This document shows, one piece after another, positions 1 through 8,628 of a DNA stretch of 34,802 bases. The DNA comes from Candidatus Altiarchaeales archaeon IMC4. GTDB lineage: Archaea > Altiarchaeota > Altiarchaeia > IMC4. Each line of letters begins with the position of its first letter. The stretch's first letter is position 1. The stretch is taken from positions 147,335 to 182,136 of the forward strand of contig MCBF01000001.1 of NCBI GenBank assembly GCA_001742785.1. The letters run 5' to 3'. Under the pieces are notes generated by a model. It saw nothing but the letters and a program-made list of their open reading frames with translations. It did not search any database and had not been told where the DNA came from. The position numbers and the translations under genes were made by a program.

Positions 1-1357
1 AACATATCTTGAACTTGTAGAAAGTTATCGAGAGAATGGAAAAGTCAAGCACATATTCAAGAAGTATCTCGGAAAAGATATCAATGGAAAACCCATAAGA
101 CGGGTAAAGACAAGCGACATAGGCGTGGAATCAGTAAAGAGATACGGAGACGTCCTATGCGTGGATAAAATAGCACAAGACCTTGGCTTGCACGAATTCC
201 TTGACAAGAACGTCCTGTTGTTGGCATATTCTCACGTTCTGGACGATGTCAGTATGAACAATATGAAGGAGTGGGTGGAGCAGACAGAAATCCCGGAAAT
301 CCTTGAACTGGATACTATCTCAACAAAGAAACTCTATGAGGCATTGGAGAACTTAGATGAAGTAGATTTCGCGCCTCTTGAAGAACGCATATACAAGAAA
401 TTTTCCAAACACGATAAAGGCAAAACAACGGTTGTTGTGGACGTCACGGACACCTATTTCGAGGGTAAGAGGGGCTCTTCATCGAAGAAAAGAAGAGGAA
501 AGGACGGGAAATACAGAAATCTCCTGCAGATATGTCTGGCTGTGACCTTGAAGCATGGCTTTCCGGTCATGCACAGGACATATGGCGGCAACGTGTCGGG
601 TATAAGAATCTTCCAAGACATGACGACAGAGTTAATATCAAGGGGCTTTGATTCGATAATAGTTGACCGAGGGGTGCGCAGCACGGAGAATATAGAAATG
701 ATGCAGGAACTTGAAATGAAGGGCATAATGGGGGTAAAGAAAATACAGAGCATCAAGGAAGGGTTTCTCGATACCCTTGTGGGGGGAGAGATATACTGCA
801 AGGACACACGCATTGTCCTGAAAAACACCACGGTTCATGCAAAAGAATTTGATTACATGGACGGCAAGCTAATCGTGGTTTACAACCCTACACTTGAGGT
901 TCAGCAAAGGGAAAACCATTATGCAAAAGGTGGAGATGATGAAGGGGCGAAATACATCGGTTACTCTCTGATATACCACAACACAGGCATGGATGTGGCC
1001 GAGGTAGTGAGACAATACTTTGAAAAAGACATTGTGGAGCGTGCATTCAAACAGATAAAGGGTGCATTATCCTTGAGACCGATTAGGATGTGGCTGAAAA
1101 GCCATGTGAACGGGCATGTAAGAGTATGTTACCTGTCATATGCCGTGCTCAGCATGCTTGCGTATCAGATCGGGGATATTGAGTTAAGCCCGCAAGATGC
1201 ACTGAAGAAACTCAAGACGAGTTATAGGGTTCATCTTAAAGACAACGAGGGCGACTTTTCATGGTCGAGGGTGGTGAATCTTGAGAAGATTCAAGACGAT
1301 ATTCTCGAAAAGGTTGGTGTAGTGGGGGAAAAAGTAGGGAAAAGTTTGTTATTGTAA
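1..1357 (+). mobile_element. Right-hand part of an IS4-superfamily (IS1634-like) insertion sequence. The left end lies outside the window and the right terminus is not mapped.
   Basis: Contains a DDE transposase ORF that runs open to the window edge. No terminal inverted repeat can be defined because the other end is missing. Confidence 0.55.
2..1357 (+). CDS. DDE transposase, IS4 superfamily / IS1634-like (5' partial)
   Basis: The frame of the 125..1357 ORF stays open back to nt 2 (TYLELVESYRENGKVKHIFKKYLGK..., a typical IS1634 N-terminal motif). Also present: VVVDVTDTYFEG (first D), IIVDRG (second D), and YFEKDIVERAFKQIK, which fits the Y(2)R/K(3)E(6)K signature. Confidence 0.75.
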   Translation, partial: TYLELVESYRENGKVKHIFKKYLGKDINGKPIRRVKTSDIGVESVKRYGDVLCVDKIAQDLGLHEFLDKNVLLLAYSHVLDDVSMNNMKEWVEQTEIPEILELDTISTKKLYEALENLDEVDFAPLEERIYKKFSKHDKGKTTVVVDVTDTYFEGKRGSSSKKRRGKDGKYRNLLQICLAVTLKHGFPVMHRTYGGNVSGIRIFQDMTTELISRGFDSIIVDRGVRSTENIEMMQELEMKGIMGVKKIQSIKEGFLDTLVGGEIYCKDTRIVLKNTTVHAKEFDYMDGKLIVVYNPTLEVQQRENHYAKGGDDEGAKYIGYSLIYHNTGMDVAEVVRQYFEKDIVERAFKQIKGALSLRPIRMWLKSHVNGHVRVCYLSYAVLSMLAYQIGDIELSPQDALKKLKTSYRVHLKDNEGDFSWSRVVNLEKIQDDILEKVGVVGEKVGKSLLL

Positions 1358-1517
1358 AAAGCGACCACCAATTCATCCTTAAGCCCGTAAATGACATCGG
1401 GAAAAACCTTGTTGAAGATATAGATTTCGCGCAGAAGACAATGGCGGCGCTTGACAGATATAACAAGGGGGGTTTTAAGCAGATGGAAGGGGGTGAATTT
1501 TTGGCCAAACTTAAGAG

Positions 1518-1766
1518 ATGGTAACCGTATCCTTCGAGCCCCGTTTCGAGATGGCCGTTCGCAGGATACGCGACCTAGTTTTAAAAGAACGGGTTAAAAA
1601 ACAAATCGCCAAAATCATCGAACGACCCGAATGCGGAAAGCCGATGCGCTACACTAGAAAAGACAGCGGGAAGGTGCGCATACCGCCTTTCGGGCTGTCG
1701 TACATGTATCTGGAAAAGGAAGACAAAATAATCCTCCTTGACTTTTATCACAAGGACGAACAGTAA
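1518..1766 (+). CDS. relE: RelE/ParE-family type II toxin (mRNA interferase-like)
   Basis: 82 aa, a typical small-toxin pattern (...GKPMRYTRKDSGKVRIPPFGLSYMYLEKEDKIILLDFYHKDE). The ATG overlaps the stop of an upstream short reading frame (ATGGTAA), as in TA pairs. Confidence 0.6.
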   Translation: MVTVSFEPRFEMAVRRIRDLVLKERVKKQIAKIIERPECGKPMRYTRKDSGKVRIPPFGLSYMYLEKEDKIILLDFYHKDEQ

Positions 1767-4007
1767 TCACTCCTTCTCATATTCGCTCCCTAGAACCCTC
1801 CGTATTTCCTGTGCCTTCTTGTCGCCTATGCCCTCGATTTTCTTCAACTGCTTTTCGGACGCCCTCATAACCTTTTCGACCGTCTTGAATTTCTCCAGAA
1901 GCCGCCTTGCAAGGACCGCCGAAACGTTCGGCAGGGACTCGACGACGTAGCGCTGCATCTCGTTGAGTGTCTGGGGCTTTCTCTCGCCGCGAAGCGGAAC
2001 GTATCGCTCATCATCCTCCTGCTCGCGCTTTGCTATCGTGTAAAGGATTTCCGCGGTGTCCTCCTCGTTTTTGCTTGGTATCACCGAGATTCCAAAGCCC
2101 ACCGAAAGCGCTGCCAGCGCGCCGCGGATTGCATTCGGGTGGATGTTCCGAAGTGCATAAATGTCCTCGGTTCCCTCAAGGATAAGGATCGGTATCCTGA
2201 AGTTGCGCATCATCTCGACCGCCTGCGCGTTCAGGCGCTTGTCGATTATGGACTGGATGAAATCCTCCTTTGTTTTCCTTTCGACGCCCACGCGGTCGCT
2301 GAGTATGAAATCCCCGACCGGCAGCTGCCTTATCTCTATGTTTGCTTTCTCTTTCAGAATGCGCGCCACGCTTGACGTTCGCTCGCGGGTGTCGACGTAT
2401 ATCTTTATTCCGGGTTCCTCGCCAGCCACAGCGTATTCCATCAGGCTTTTCTGCCCAGCCAAAACGATGCCTACGACATCGCCACTCCCGTGCGAAACCG
2501 TTTCCTTGACCCCCTTGAACCCGCTTTTCATTTTTTCGACCTCCGAGTGCATCCTGCGCTCCTTGTGGAAGCCCGCCCAGTAGTAGGCCTCGTCGCGGGT
2601 GTTCTTTGCCATCAGCATCACGACCTTCCCTGCGGCGCTTCTTCCGGTCCTGCCGCGGCGCTGTATCGAGCGTATCTCGGACGGAATCGGCTCGTAGAAC
2701 ACCACAAGGTCGACCGCCGGTATGTCAAGCCCTTCTTCCGCGACGCTTGTTGCAACCAGCGCAGTGAAGCGCCCCTTCCTGAAATCCTCAAGCGCCGCAA
2801 CCTGCTGTTTCTGGGTCATGCCATTTTTTCCGTCCTTGGTTGCCTGCCCGACAAAGTCGCGCGCGGAAATCTTGTTGTCCGAGAGTTTCTCGACGATTTT
2901 GTCAACGGAGTCGCGGTACTGCGTGAATATTATCACCTTCTTGTCGGCGTAGTTCTTAACGATTTTGACCAATTCGTCAAACTTCGGGTGCTCGACCCCC
3001 AACTCCCTCAAACCCCTTGCAAGCGATATCGCCTTGTTTATCCGATCGTCCGCCAGAAGGAACTTCACCGCCTTCGAGTGCTGCTTTGAAAGCCGCCCGA
3101 GGTAGCTGTCAAGGGATGCCATGCCCTGGGTTTCGGCAAGCTCTATCGCGTGCTGCACCTTTATGGCGGATGCCGCAATCGATGCCTGCGCGAACGATTC
3201 CTTACCCGATGTTATTTCCTTTCTAATCTGCGACTGCGCCTCAAGGAGCATCCGCTTGTTCACGCCCTTGACCTGGGCGGACTTTATGTAGCCGTATCCC
3301 TTAAGCTCGTTCAGATCGTCCTTCAGCACCGATTCCAGAAGCTCCTTCACCTTTACGAATTCCTGCGGAAGCTCGACCTTCACCCAGTCAATCCTCACGT
3401 CCTGCACGTAGTCCCTGACGTCTGCGTCGGATTCGGTCTTCACCTCGACGTTTTCTATGAACAGGTTATTGCAGACCTCTTTTATCTTTTCGCCGTCGGC
3501 ACCGGGGGACGCGGTCAGGCCGAGAACAAGCGGGTTTTTCGCGCGCTTTGCGTATTCGCGGGCGATGTAAACATATGAATAATCCCCTGTCGCGCGGTGC
3601 GCCTCGTCGAAAACCAAAAGCGAGACATCTGATATGTCAAGCCCGCGCAACATGTCGTTCTCTATCGTCTGGGGGGTGGCGAACAAGAGCTTGTTCTGCT
3701 GCCACAGTTCGGAGCGTTTTTCGGGGTTCTCGGCCCCGGTCAGAACGGCCTGCCCCTCGACGGCGAGGAGTTCGGAAAACGTCCGCTGGTGCTGGACTGC
3801 AAGCGGCTTCGTCGGGGCCAGAAACAGGATGCGGGATTCCGGGAACTCGCTAAGCCGATGGACTGCCACCATCGCCGCTATCATCGTTTTGCCAAGCCCT
3901 GTTGGTAAAACAACGAGGGTGTTTTTTCCAATCGCCTGAGAGATGATCGACTCCTGATAGCGGCGAAGTTCTATCCCTTTTTTTACAAGCGGGTGTGTAA
4001 GTTCCAT
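1767..4007 (-). CDS. hef: Hef: helicase-associated endonuclease for fork-structured DNA (SF2 helicase plus ERCC4/XPF nuclease plus HhH2)
   Basis: 746 aa. Motifs: PTGLGKT (Walker A), VFDEAHRA (DEAH box), a helicase C domain (QRRGRTGR), an ERCC4 motif (VGDFILSDRVGVERKTKEDF), and a C-terminal helix-hairpin-helix (IEGIGDKKAQEI). Confidence 0.9.
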   Translation of the reverse strand: MELTHPLVKKGIELRRYQESIISQAIGKNTLVVLPTGLGKTMIAAMVAVHRLSEFPESRILFLAPTKPLAVQHQRTFSELLAVEGQAVLTGAENPEKRSELWQQNKLLFATPQTIENDMLRGLDISDVSLLVFDEAHRATGDYSYVYIAREYAKRAKNPLVLGLTASPGADGEKIKEVCNNLFIENVEVKTESDADVRDYVQDVRIDWVKVELPQEFVKVKELLESVLKDDLNELKGYGYIKSAQVKGVNKRMLLEAQSQIRKEITSGKESFAQASIAASAIKVQHAIELAETQGMASLDSYLGRLSKQHSKAVKFLLADDRINKAISLARGLRELGVEHPKFDELVKIVKNYADKKVIIFTQYRDSVDKIVEKLSDNKISARDFVGQATKDGKNGMTQKQQVAALEDFRKGRFTALVATSVAEEGLDIPAVDLVVFYEPIPSEIRSIQRRGRTGRSAAGKVVMLMAKNTRDEAYYWAGFHKERRMHSEVEKMKSGFKGVKETVSHGSGDVVGIVLAGQKSLMEYAVAGEEPGIKIYVDTRERTSSVARILKEKANIEIRQLPVGDFILSDRVGVERKTKEDFIQSIIDKRLNAQAVEMMRNFRIPILILEGTEDIYALRNIHPNAIRGALAALSVGFGISVIPSKNEEDTAEILYTIAKREQEDDERYVPLRGERKPQTLNEMQRYVVESLPNVSAVLARRLLEKFKTVEKVMRASEKQLKKIEGIGDKKAQEIRRVLGSEYEKE

Positions 4008-4015
4008 TTCGGGGG

Positions 4016-4687
4016 TTAGTTGATGTTCACTTTTTCAAAACTTCCGTCGGGGGCGTTTATTATTATCGCCCTGCCCTCGGACAGTTTCCCGATGTTTACG
4101 ATTTTCGTCTCCCCTATTTCATCGGTTGCCCCGCCGCACTCGTGAACGTGCGAAGACACGCAAAGGGTAGGTTTGTACTCCTCGATTATCCTGCGCAGGG
4201 ACGTGCTTCCGACGTGAGTCCCGAAGTTGGTCTTGTCGCATTTTGTGCCGTAAGGCGGGACATGGCAGATCATAATCGCACCCTTTCCTGCGGTTTCCAT
4301 CAACTGCCGCAGATTCTTGTAGATCTCCTCCTCGGAAAACACGATGGGAGAATTGAACGGCGTCGGGCTGCTTCCACCGAATCCTGCAAAATCCATGCCG
4401 CCGAGATTCATCACCTTCCTGTGCAGGTTCATCCCGGATTCATCAAGGAACTCTACAAGGTTTCTGCAGTCGCAGTTGCCGGGGATTGCAAGCACGTGGC
4501 CTAAGACTTCAAGCATCTCCTTCGCCTGCACGAGCCTTTCGCCGTCGCCGATGCCGTAAACGCAGAAATCCCCTGCGACGATTATCCTGCCGATTTTGTT
4601 CTCTTGCGCGAACCTCGCCGCATTTTTTGCCGCTGCGGCATCCCCGTGGATATCGGCTATGCACAGGATTTTCAATGATTGTTCCAT
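4016..4687 (-). CDS. Calcineurin-like metallophosphoesterase
   Basis: 223 aa with DIHGD, GDF, GNCD, HVPP and SHVHE motifs. Its stop lies 8 nt upstream of the hef start, so the two are probably co-transcribed. Confidence 0.8.
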   Translation of the reverse strand: MEQSLKILCIADIHGDAAAAKNAARFAQENKIGRIIVAGDFCVYGIGDGERLVQAKEMLEVLGHVLAIPGNCDCRNLVEFLDESGMNLHRKVMNLGGMDFAGFGGSSPTPFNSPIVFSEEEIYKNLRQLMETAGKGAIMICHVPPYGTKCDKTNFGTHVGSTSLRRIIEEYKPTLCVSSHVHECGGATDEIGETKIVNIGKLSEGRAIIINAPDGSFEKVNIN

Positions 4688-4710
4688 CCTAAGTTATCAT
4701 AATTTTATCC

Positions 4711-4727
4711 GTATTTATAAAATATAT
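4711..4727 (-). promoter_or_regulatory. Candidate TATA box for the metallophosphoesterase-hef operon
   Basis: The minus strand reads ATATATTTTATAAATAC, about 25-40 nt upstream of ATG 4687. Confidence 0.35.
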
Positions 4728-4772
4728 GGTTTTTATGCGAAAGCGAACTTGCGTTGGAACGTTTTTGTCGTC

Positions 4773-4904
4773 GGCACCTGCCCAGAATTTGACAAAAAGG
4801 CAAATTCCTTTTCTTTTTCATCACACGCGTTTGCGAATTTTCGCAAACGGTGTCCCGAAACACTCTGTGTTTCGCGGAACATTTTTCTTTCCTAAAGAAA
4901 AAGG
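4773..4904 (-). repeat. Hairpin-rich palindromic element, copy A (minus orientation)
   Basis: Read on the minus strand: GGAAAGAAAAA..[GAAACAC aga GTGTTTC] GGGACACC [GTTTGCGA aaat TCGCAAAC] GCGTGTGA TG AAAAAGAAAAGG. On the plus strand there is also the hairpin TTTTTCTTT-cct-AAAGAAAAA (4882-4902) and an extra hairpin GAATTTG...CAAATTC (4785-4807) next to GGCACC. Confidence 0.7.
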
Positions 4905-4906
4905 TT

Positions 4907-4918
4907 GATTTATAAATA
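4907..4918 (+). promoter_or_regulatory. Candidate TATA box for the rpoH operon
   Basis: GATTTATAAATA lies about 45-55 nt upstream of the rpoH start. A second TATA-like CTATAAATC is at 4932-4940. Confidence 0.35.
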
Positions 4919-4962
4919 ACTTAGACCTAATCTATAAATCTTCTTTTTTCTGAAGTATACAT

Positions 4963-5202
4963 TTGGAGGCCAAATTGTTAGACAACATACTTATCCCCAA
5001 GCACGAAAAGTTGAGCGCCAAGGAAACGGAGGCAGTGTTAAAAAAGTATAAGATAACGACTGTAGAACTGCCGAAGATACTGAAAACCGACCCGGCTCTC
5101 TCTGAGATGAAGGTGAATGCAGGGGATGTCATAAAGATAACCCGCAAAAGCCAGACCGCCGGAGAATCTTTCTATTTTAGGGTTGTGATAGAGGGCAAAT
5201 AA
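4963..5202 (+). CDS. rpoH: DNA-directed RNA polymerase subunit H (Rpo5)
   Basis: LIPKHEKLSAKE...ITRKSQTAGESFYFRVV is typical RpoH. There is no ATG. The start is TTG at 4963 or, more likely, TTG at 4975, which is preceded by GGAGG (4965-4969). The stop overlaps the rpoB'' ATG (TAATG). Confidence 0.85.
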   Translation: MEAKLLDNILIPKHEKLSAKETEAVLKKYKITTVELPKILKTDPALSEMKVNAGDVIKITRKSQTAGESFYFRVVIEGK

Positions 5203-6653
5203 TGGTAAAAGTAAACGAATTCATGACGGGGGAGGATTTAATAAAATTCCAGATCGACTCTTTCAACTGGCTCATAGAGAAGGGCCTGCAGGAAGTGATA
5301 GACGAGCGCGGCCCGATGGAAATAGAGATCGAGGGCTATTCGATTGGGCTCGGGAAGATAACTGTGGGAACCCCCCAGGTCATCGAATCCGGGCAGTCGC
5401 CTGAAAGCAGGCTTCCTTTTGAGTGCCGGCTGAGGAACCTAACGTACTCAGCCCCTTTGGTTCTTGAGTTCATAGAGGAAAGCGGTGGCAAGAAGGAGGT
5501 CGTCCCGGTAGAAATAGGGCATATGCCGGTAATGCTCAGGTCAAAAGGATGCCTTCTCCATGGTTTAAGCGACAGCGAACTGATAGGGGCCAATGAAGAC
5601 CCCATGGACCTGGGAGGGTATTTCATAATAAACGGTGCCGAGAGGATACTCATACTCGTCGAGGACCTGGCGCCGAACCGTATCGTAACGACAAGCGAGG
5701 TCGTAACCGATAAGCAGGTAACGACCGCGAAGGTCTTCTCGATAAGACAGGGCTTCCGCTCAAGAGTCACCGTCGAAAAACGCGAGGGTGCAAGTGGAGA
5801 AACCCTGTTCGTTACGTTCCCCGGGATACCCGTGCGGATGCCCATCGTAGTCCTGATGAAGGCGCTTGGCCTTCAAAACGATGAGATAATCGGCTTGTTT
5901 GACGACAAAACGAAACTGGAGCTATACCTCAACATGGAGCCCGTTCAGGACATGACCTGCGAGGAGGCCTTTGAGTACCTTGGCCGCCGGGCGGGGGTGG
6001 GGCACGCGAAACAGTACCAGGCAACCCGTGCGAACCAGGTCGTGAACAACTTCCTTTTGCCGCATATCGGAAACAACGAAGAGTCAAGAAGGGCAAAGGC
6101 AGTATATCTCGGGATAATGGCAAAAAAGGCGATAGAGCTTGACAGCAAGACGAGGCAGCCGGACGACAAGGACCACTATTCGAACAAAAGGCTTCGCCTT
6201 GCCGGCGACCTTATGCAGGAGCTGTTCCGTGTCAGTTTCAACAAGATAACAAGGGACATAAAATACCAGCTTGAAAAGCAGCACGCAAGGCACAGGACCG
6301 TAAACATAAGAACCGCCGTGCGAAGCAACAATCTAAGCGAAAGCATTGATTATGCGCTTGCCACGGGCAACTGGACCGGCGGCAGAAGCGGGGTAAGTCA
6401 GGTGCTTGACCGCATGAATTACTTATCTTCGATTGCGCACAAGAGAAGGGTCTCGTCGCTTTTGAGCAGGAGCCACCCGCACTTCGAGGCGCGTGATTTG
6501 CATTCAACACAATGGGGTAGGTTGTGCCCGAACGAAACCCCTGAGGGGCAAAACTGCGGGCTTGTGAAAAATCTGGCGATTGGTGCGGTAATATCCCCCG
6601 GCGAAACGGAGGATGCAGTTGAAAAACAGCTCACGGCTCTGGGGGTAAAATAA
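5202..6653 (+). CDS. rpoB2: DNA-directed RNA polymerase subunit B'' (N-terminal part of split Rpo2)
   Basis: 483 aa with an N-terminal [16 protein letters not shown] motif. Ends with ...[18 protein letters not shown], as expected for the B''/B' split point. Confidence 0.93.
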   Translation: MVKVNEFMTGEDLIKFQIDSFNWLIEKGLQEVIDERGPMEIEIEGYSIGLGKITVGTPQVIESGQSPESRLPFECRLRNLTYSAPLVLEFIEESGGKKEVVPVEIGHMPVMLRSKGCLLHGLSDSELIGANEDPMDLGGYFIINGAERILILVEDLAPNRIVTTSEVVTDKQVTTAKVFSIRQGFRSRVTVEKREGASGETLFVTFPGIPVRMPIVVLMKALGLQNDEIIGLFDDKTKLELYLNMEPVQDMTCEEAFEYLGRRAGVGHAKQYQATRANQVVNNFLLPHIGNNEESRRAKAVYLGIMAKKAIELDSKTRQPDDKDHYSNKRLRLAGDLMQELFRVSFNKITRDIKYQLEKQHARHRTVNIRTAVRSNNLSESIDYALATGNWTGGRSGVSQVLDRMNYLSSIAHKRRVSSLLSRSHPHFEARDLHSTQWGRLCPNETPEGQNCGLVKNLAIGAVISPGETEDAVEKQLTALGVK

Positions 6654-6654
6654 A

Positions 6655-8460
6655 ATGGCAGGCGTATATCTTAACGGAAGGTTCATGGGGCGGCACGAAA
6701 AACCGGATGCTTTAGTGGAGGCGCTGAGGGAGTCCAGAAGAAAAGGGGCTATGCCCAGGAACACATCGATAAGCTACAGGGAGGAAAACAACGAGGTCCA
6801 GATATACACCGACCGCGGCAGGGTTTTGAGGCCCCTTATCATAGTCAAAAACGGGAAGCCCCTTCTCACAAAGGAGCATAAGGAACTCATCAAAAACGAG
6901 AAGATGTCATGGAACGATGCCGTTGGGAAGGGCCTTGTCGAGTATATAGACGCGGAGGAGGAGGAGAACGCCTATGTCGCAATATACGAGGGCGACCTCA
7001 CCAAGGAGCACACCCACCTCGAGGTTCATCCTGCGCTGATACTCAGCATAGCAAGCGGTTTCGCGCCGTACCCGGAACACAACTCGTCCCCGAGGATTAC
7101 GATGGCTGCCGCAATGGCAAAACAAAGCATCGGCCTTTATGCGTCAAACCACTATTCAAGATTCGATTCGCGTTCCGACATCCTGATTTACCCGCAGAGC
7201 CCGCTTGTGAGGACCGACATAACCGAATGCATAGATTACAACAGAAGGCCAGCGGGGCAGAACTTCGTAGTCTCCATCATGTCTTTTGAGGGCTACAACA
7301 TGGAGGATGCCGTTATCCTGAACAAGAGTTCCGTTGAGCGCGGGCTTGGGCGTTCGATGTTCTACCGGACATATACGACGGAAGAGCGCGGCTATCCGAG
7401 CGGACAGTACGACAAATTCGAGATACCCAAAGAGGGTGTCGAGGGCACCCAACCCGAGGAAACATATTCAAAGCTCGACGAGGACGGGTTTATATTACCC
7501 GAGACCGACGTAAGTTCGGGGGATGTCCTTGTGGGGAAAACATCCCCCCCGAGATTCCTCGAGGAGATAGGACCTTACGGCATAGTAGAGGAGCAAAGGA
7601 GGGAAACCTCGACTACGATGAGGCACATGGAACACGGGGTAGTTGACCGCGTCGTCCTCACGGAAACCCTTGAGAAGAATAAGCTCGCAAAAATAAGGGT
7701 GCGAACCCATAGGATTCCGGAACCCGGTGACAAGTTCGCATCAAGGCACGGGCAGAAGGGTGTCGTCGGCATGCTCGTCCCCCATGAGGACATGCCGTTC
7801 ACAAAGGAAGGCATAGTCCCCGACCTGATAATAAACCCGCACGCGATCCCGTCAAGAATGACCATAGGGCACCTCCTTGAGATGGTCGGCGGGAAGGTGG
7901 CTTCCCTTGAGATAGGCAAGGTAAATTCGACCGCATTCGTAAATGACCACGAGGACTACCTCAGGCCGCTTTTGGAAAAGAACGGGTTCAAGAGCACCGG
8001 CAAAGAGGTCATGTACAACGGTGCCACCGGCGGGAAGTTCGAGGCCGAGATTTTCATAGGGGTAATCTACTACCAGAGGCTGCACCACATGGTGGCAAAC
8101 AAACTGCATGCCCGCGCAAGAGGACCGGTACAGATGCTGACAAGACAGCCTACTGAAGGGCGCGCAAGGGAGGGAGGGCTTCGTTTCGGTGAGATGGAGC
8201 GCGACTGCCTGATTGCGCACGGGGCTTCCATGATGCTGAAGGACCGCATGCTTGACGAATCGGATAGGGTTGTTGTCCCGGTTTGTGAAAAGTGCGGCCT
8301 GATAGGTGTGAGGGACTTCGAAAGGAGGTCTGTGCGCTGCCCGCTGTGCGGGGATTCGAACATAGAATACGTAGAGATAGCGTATGCATTCAAATTATTG
8401 CTGGATGAATTAAAGGGGATGTGCATACACCCGAAGCTGAGGCTGGGGGAGAGGGCTTAA
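6655..8460 (+). CDS. rpoB1: DNA-directed RNA polymerase subunit B' (C-terminal part of split Rpo2)
   Basis: 601 aa. Motifs: [32 protein letters not shown], and a C-terminal Zn ribbon (CEKCG...CPLCG). The ATG is 1 nt after the rpoB'' stop. Confidence 0.95.
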   Translation: MAGVYLNGRFMGRHEKPDALVEALRESRRKGAMPRNTSISYREENNEVQIYTDRGRVLRPLIIVKNGKPLLTKEHKELIKNEKMSWNDAVGKGLVEYIDAEEEENAYVAIYEGDLTKEHTHLEVHPALILSIASGFAPYPEHNSSPRITMAAAMAKQSIGLYASNHYSRFDSRSDILIYPQSPLVRTDITECIDYNRRPAGQNFVVSIMSFEGYNMEDAVILNKSSVERGLGRSMFYRTYTTEERGYPSGQYDKFEIPKEGVEGTQPEETYSKLDEDGFILPETDVSSGDVLVGKTSPPRFLEEIGPYGIVEEQRRETSTTMRHMEHGVVDRVVLTETLEKNKLAKIRVRTHRIPEPGDKFASRHGQKGVVGMLVPHEDMPFTKEGIVPDLIINPHAIPSRMTIGHLLEMVGGKVASLEIGKVNSTAFVNDHEDYLRPLLEKNGFKSTGKEVMYNGATGGKFEAEIFIGVIYYQRLHHMVANKLHARARGPVQMLTRQPTEGRAREGGLRFGEMERDCLIAHGASMMLKDRMLDESDRVVVPVCEKCGLIGVRDFERRSVRCPLCGDSNIEYVEIAYAFKLLLDELKGMCIHPKLRLGERA

Positions 8461-8466
8461 GAATAG

Positions 8467-8589
8467 CCCTTTCTTTTTAAGAAAAAGAGAGGGTTATACT
8501 CGAAATTGCTGTGCAATTTCGGTACACCAAAACACTTTGTGTTTTGCGTGTCATCCCAAAGAAAAACAGGGCGGGTTGCGAAGCAACCC
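8467..8589 (+). repeat. Hairpin-rich palindromic element, copy B
   Basis: CCCTTTCTTTTT-aag-AAAAAGAGAGGG (8467-8493). HP1 GAAATTGC-tgt-GCAATTTC (8502-8520). GGTACACC. HP2 AAAACAC-ttt-GTGTTTT (8529-8545). GCGTGTCA TCCC AAAGAAAAA. HP3 GGGTTGC-gaa-GCAACCC (8573-8589). Confidence 0.8.
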
Positions 8590-8628
8590 ACCCGAATAAT
8601 ACGACAAACAAAATTCAAATACAAAAAG

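Noticed and set aside
1441-1524. 27-codon ATG-initiated mini-ORF upstream of relE, considered as a stand-alone antitoxin CDS
   Set aside because: It is too short, and I have no independent support for annotating it as a gene. It is reported only as part of the possible truncated-antitoxin observation.
8351-8361. GGGATTCGAAC, resembling a tRNA T-arm
   Set aside because: It lies inside the rpoB' coding sequence (Zn-ribbon region), and no acceptor or anticodon stems can be drawn around it.
8506-8628. N-terminal extension of the rpoA ORF (MLCNFGTPKHFVF...), and the analogous extension of the L18 ORF (15962-16036, MQSNFGTPNHKVI...)
   Set aside because: The similar peptides arise because both ORFs read through copies of the same palindromic element. 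Conserved protein sequence begins at ATG 8629 and ATG 16037.
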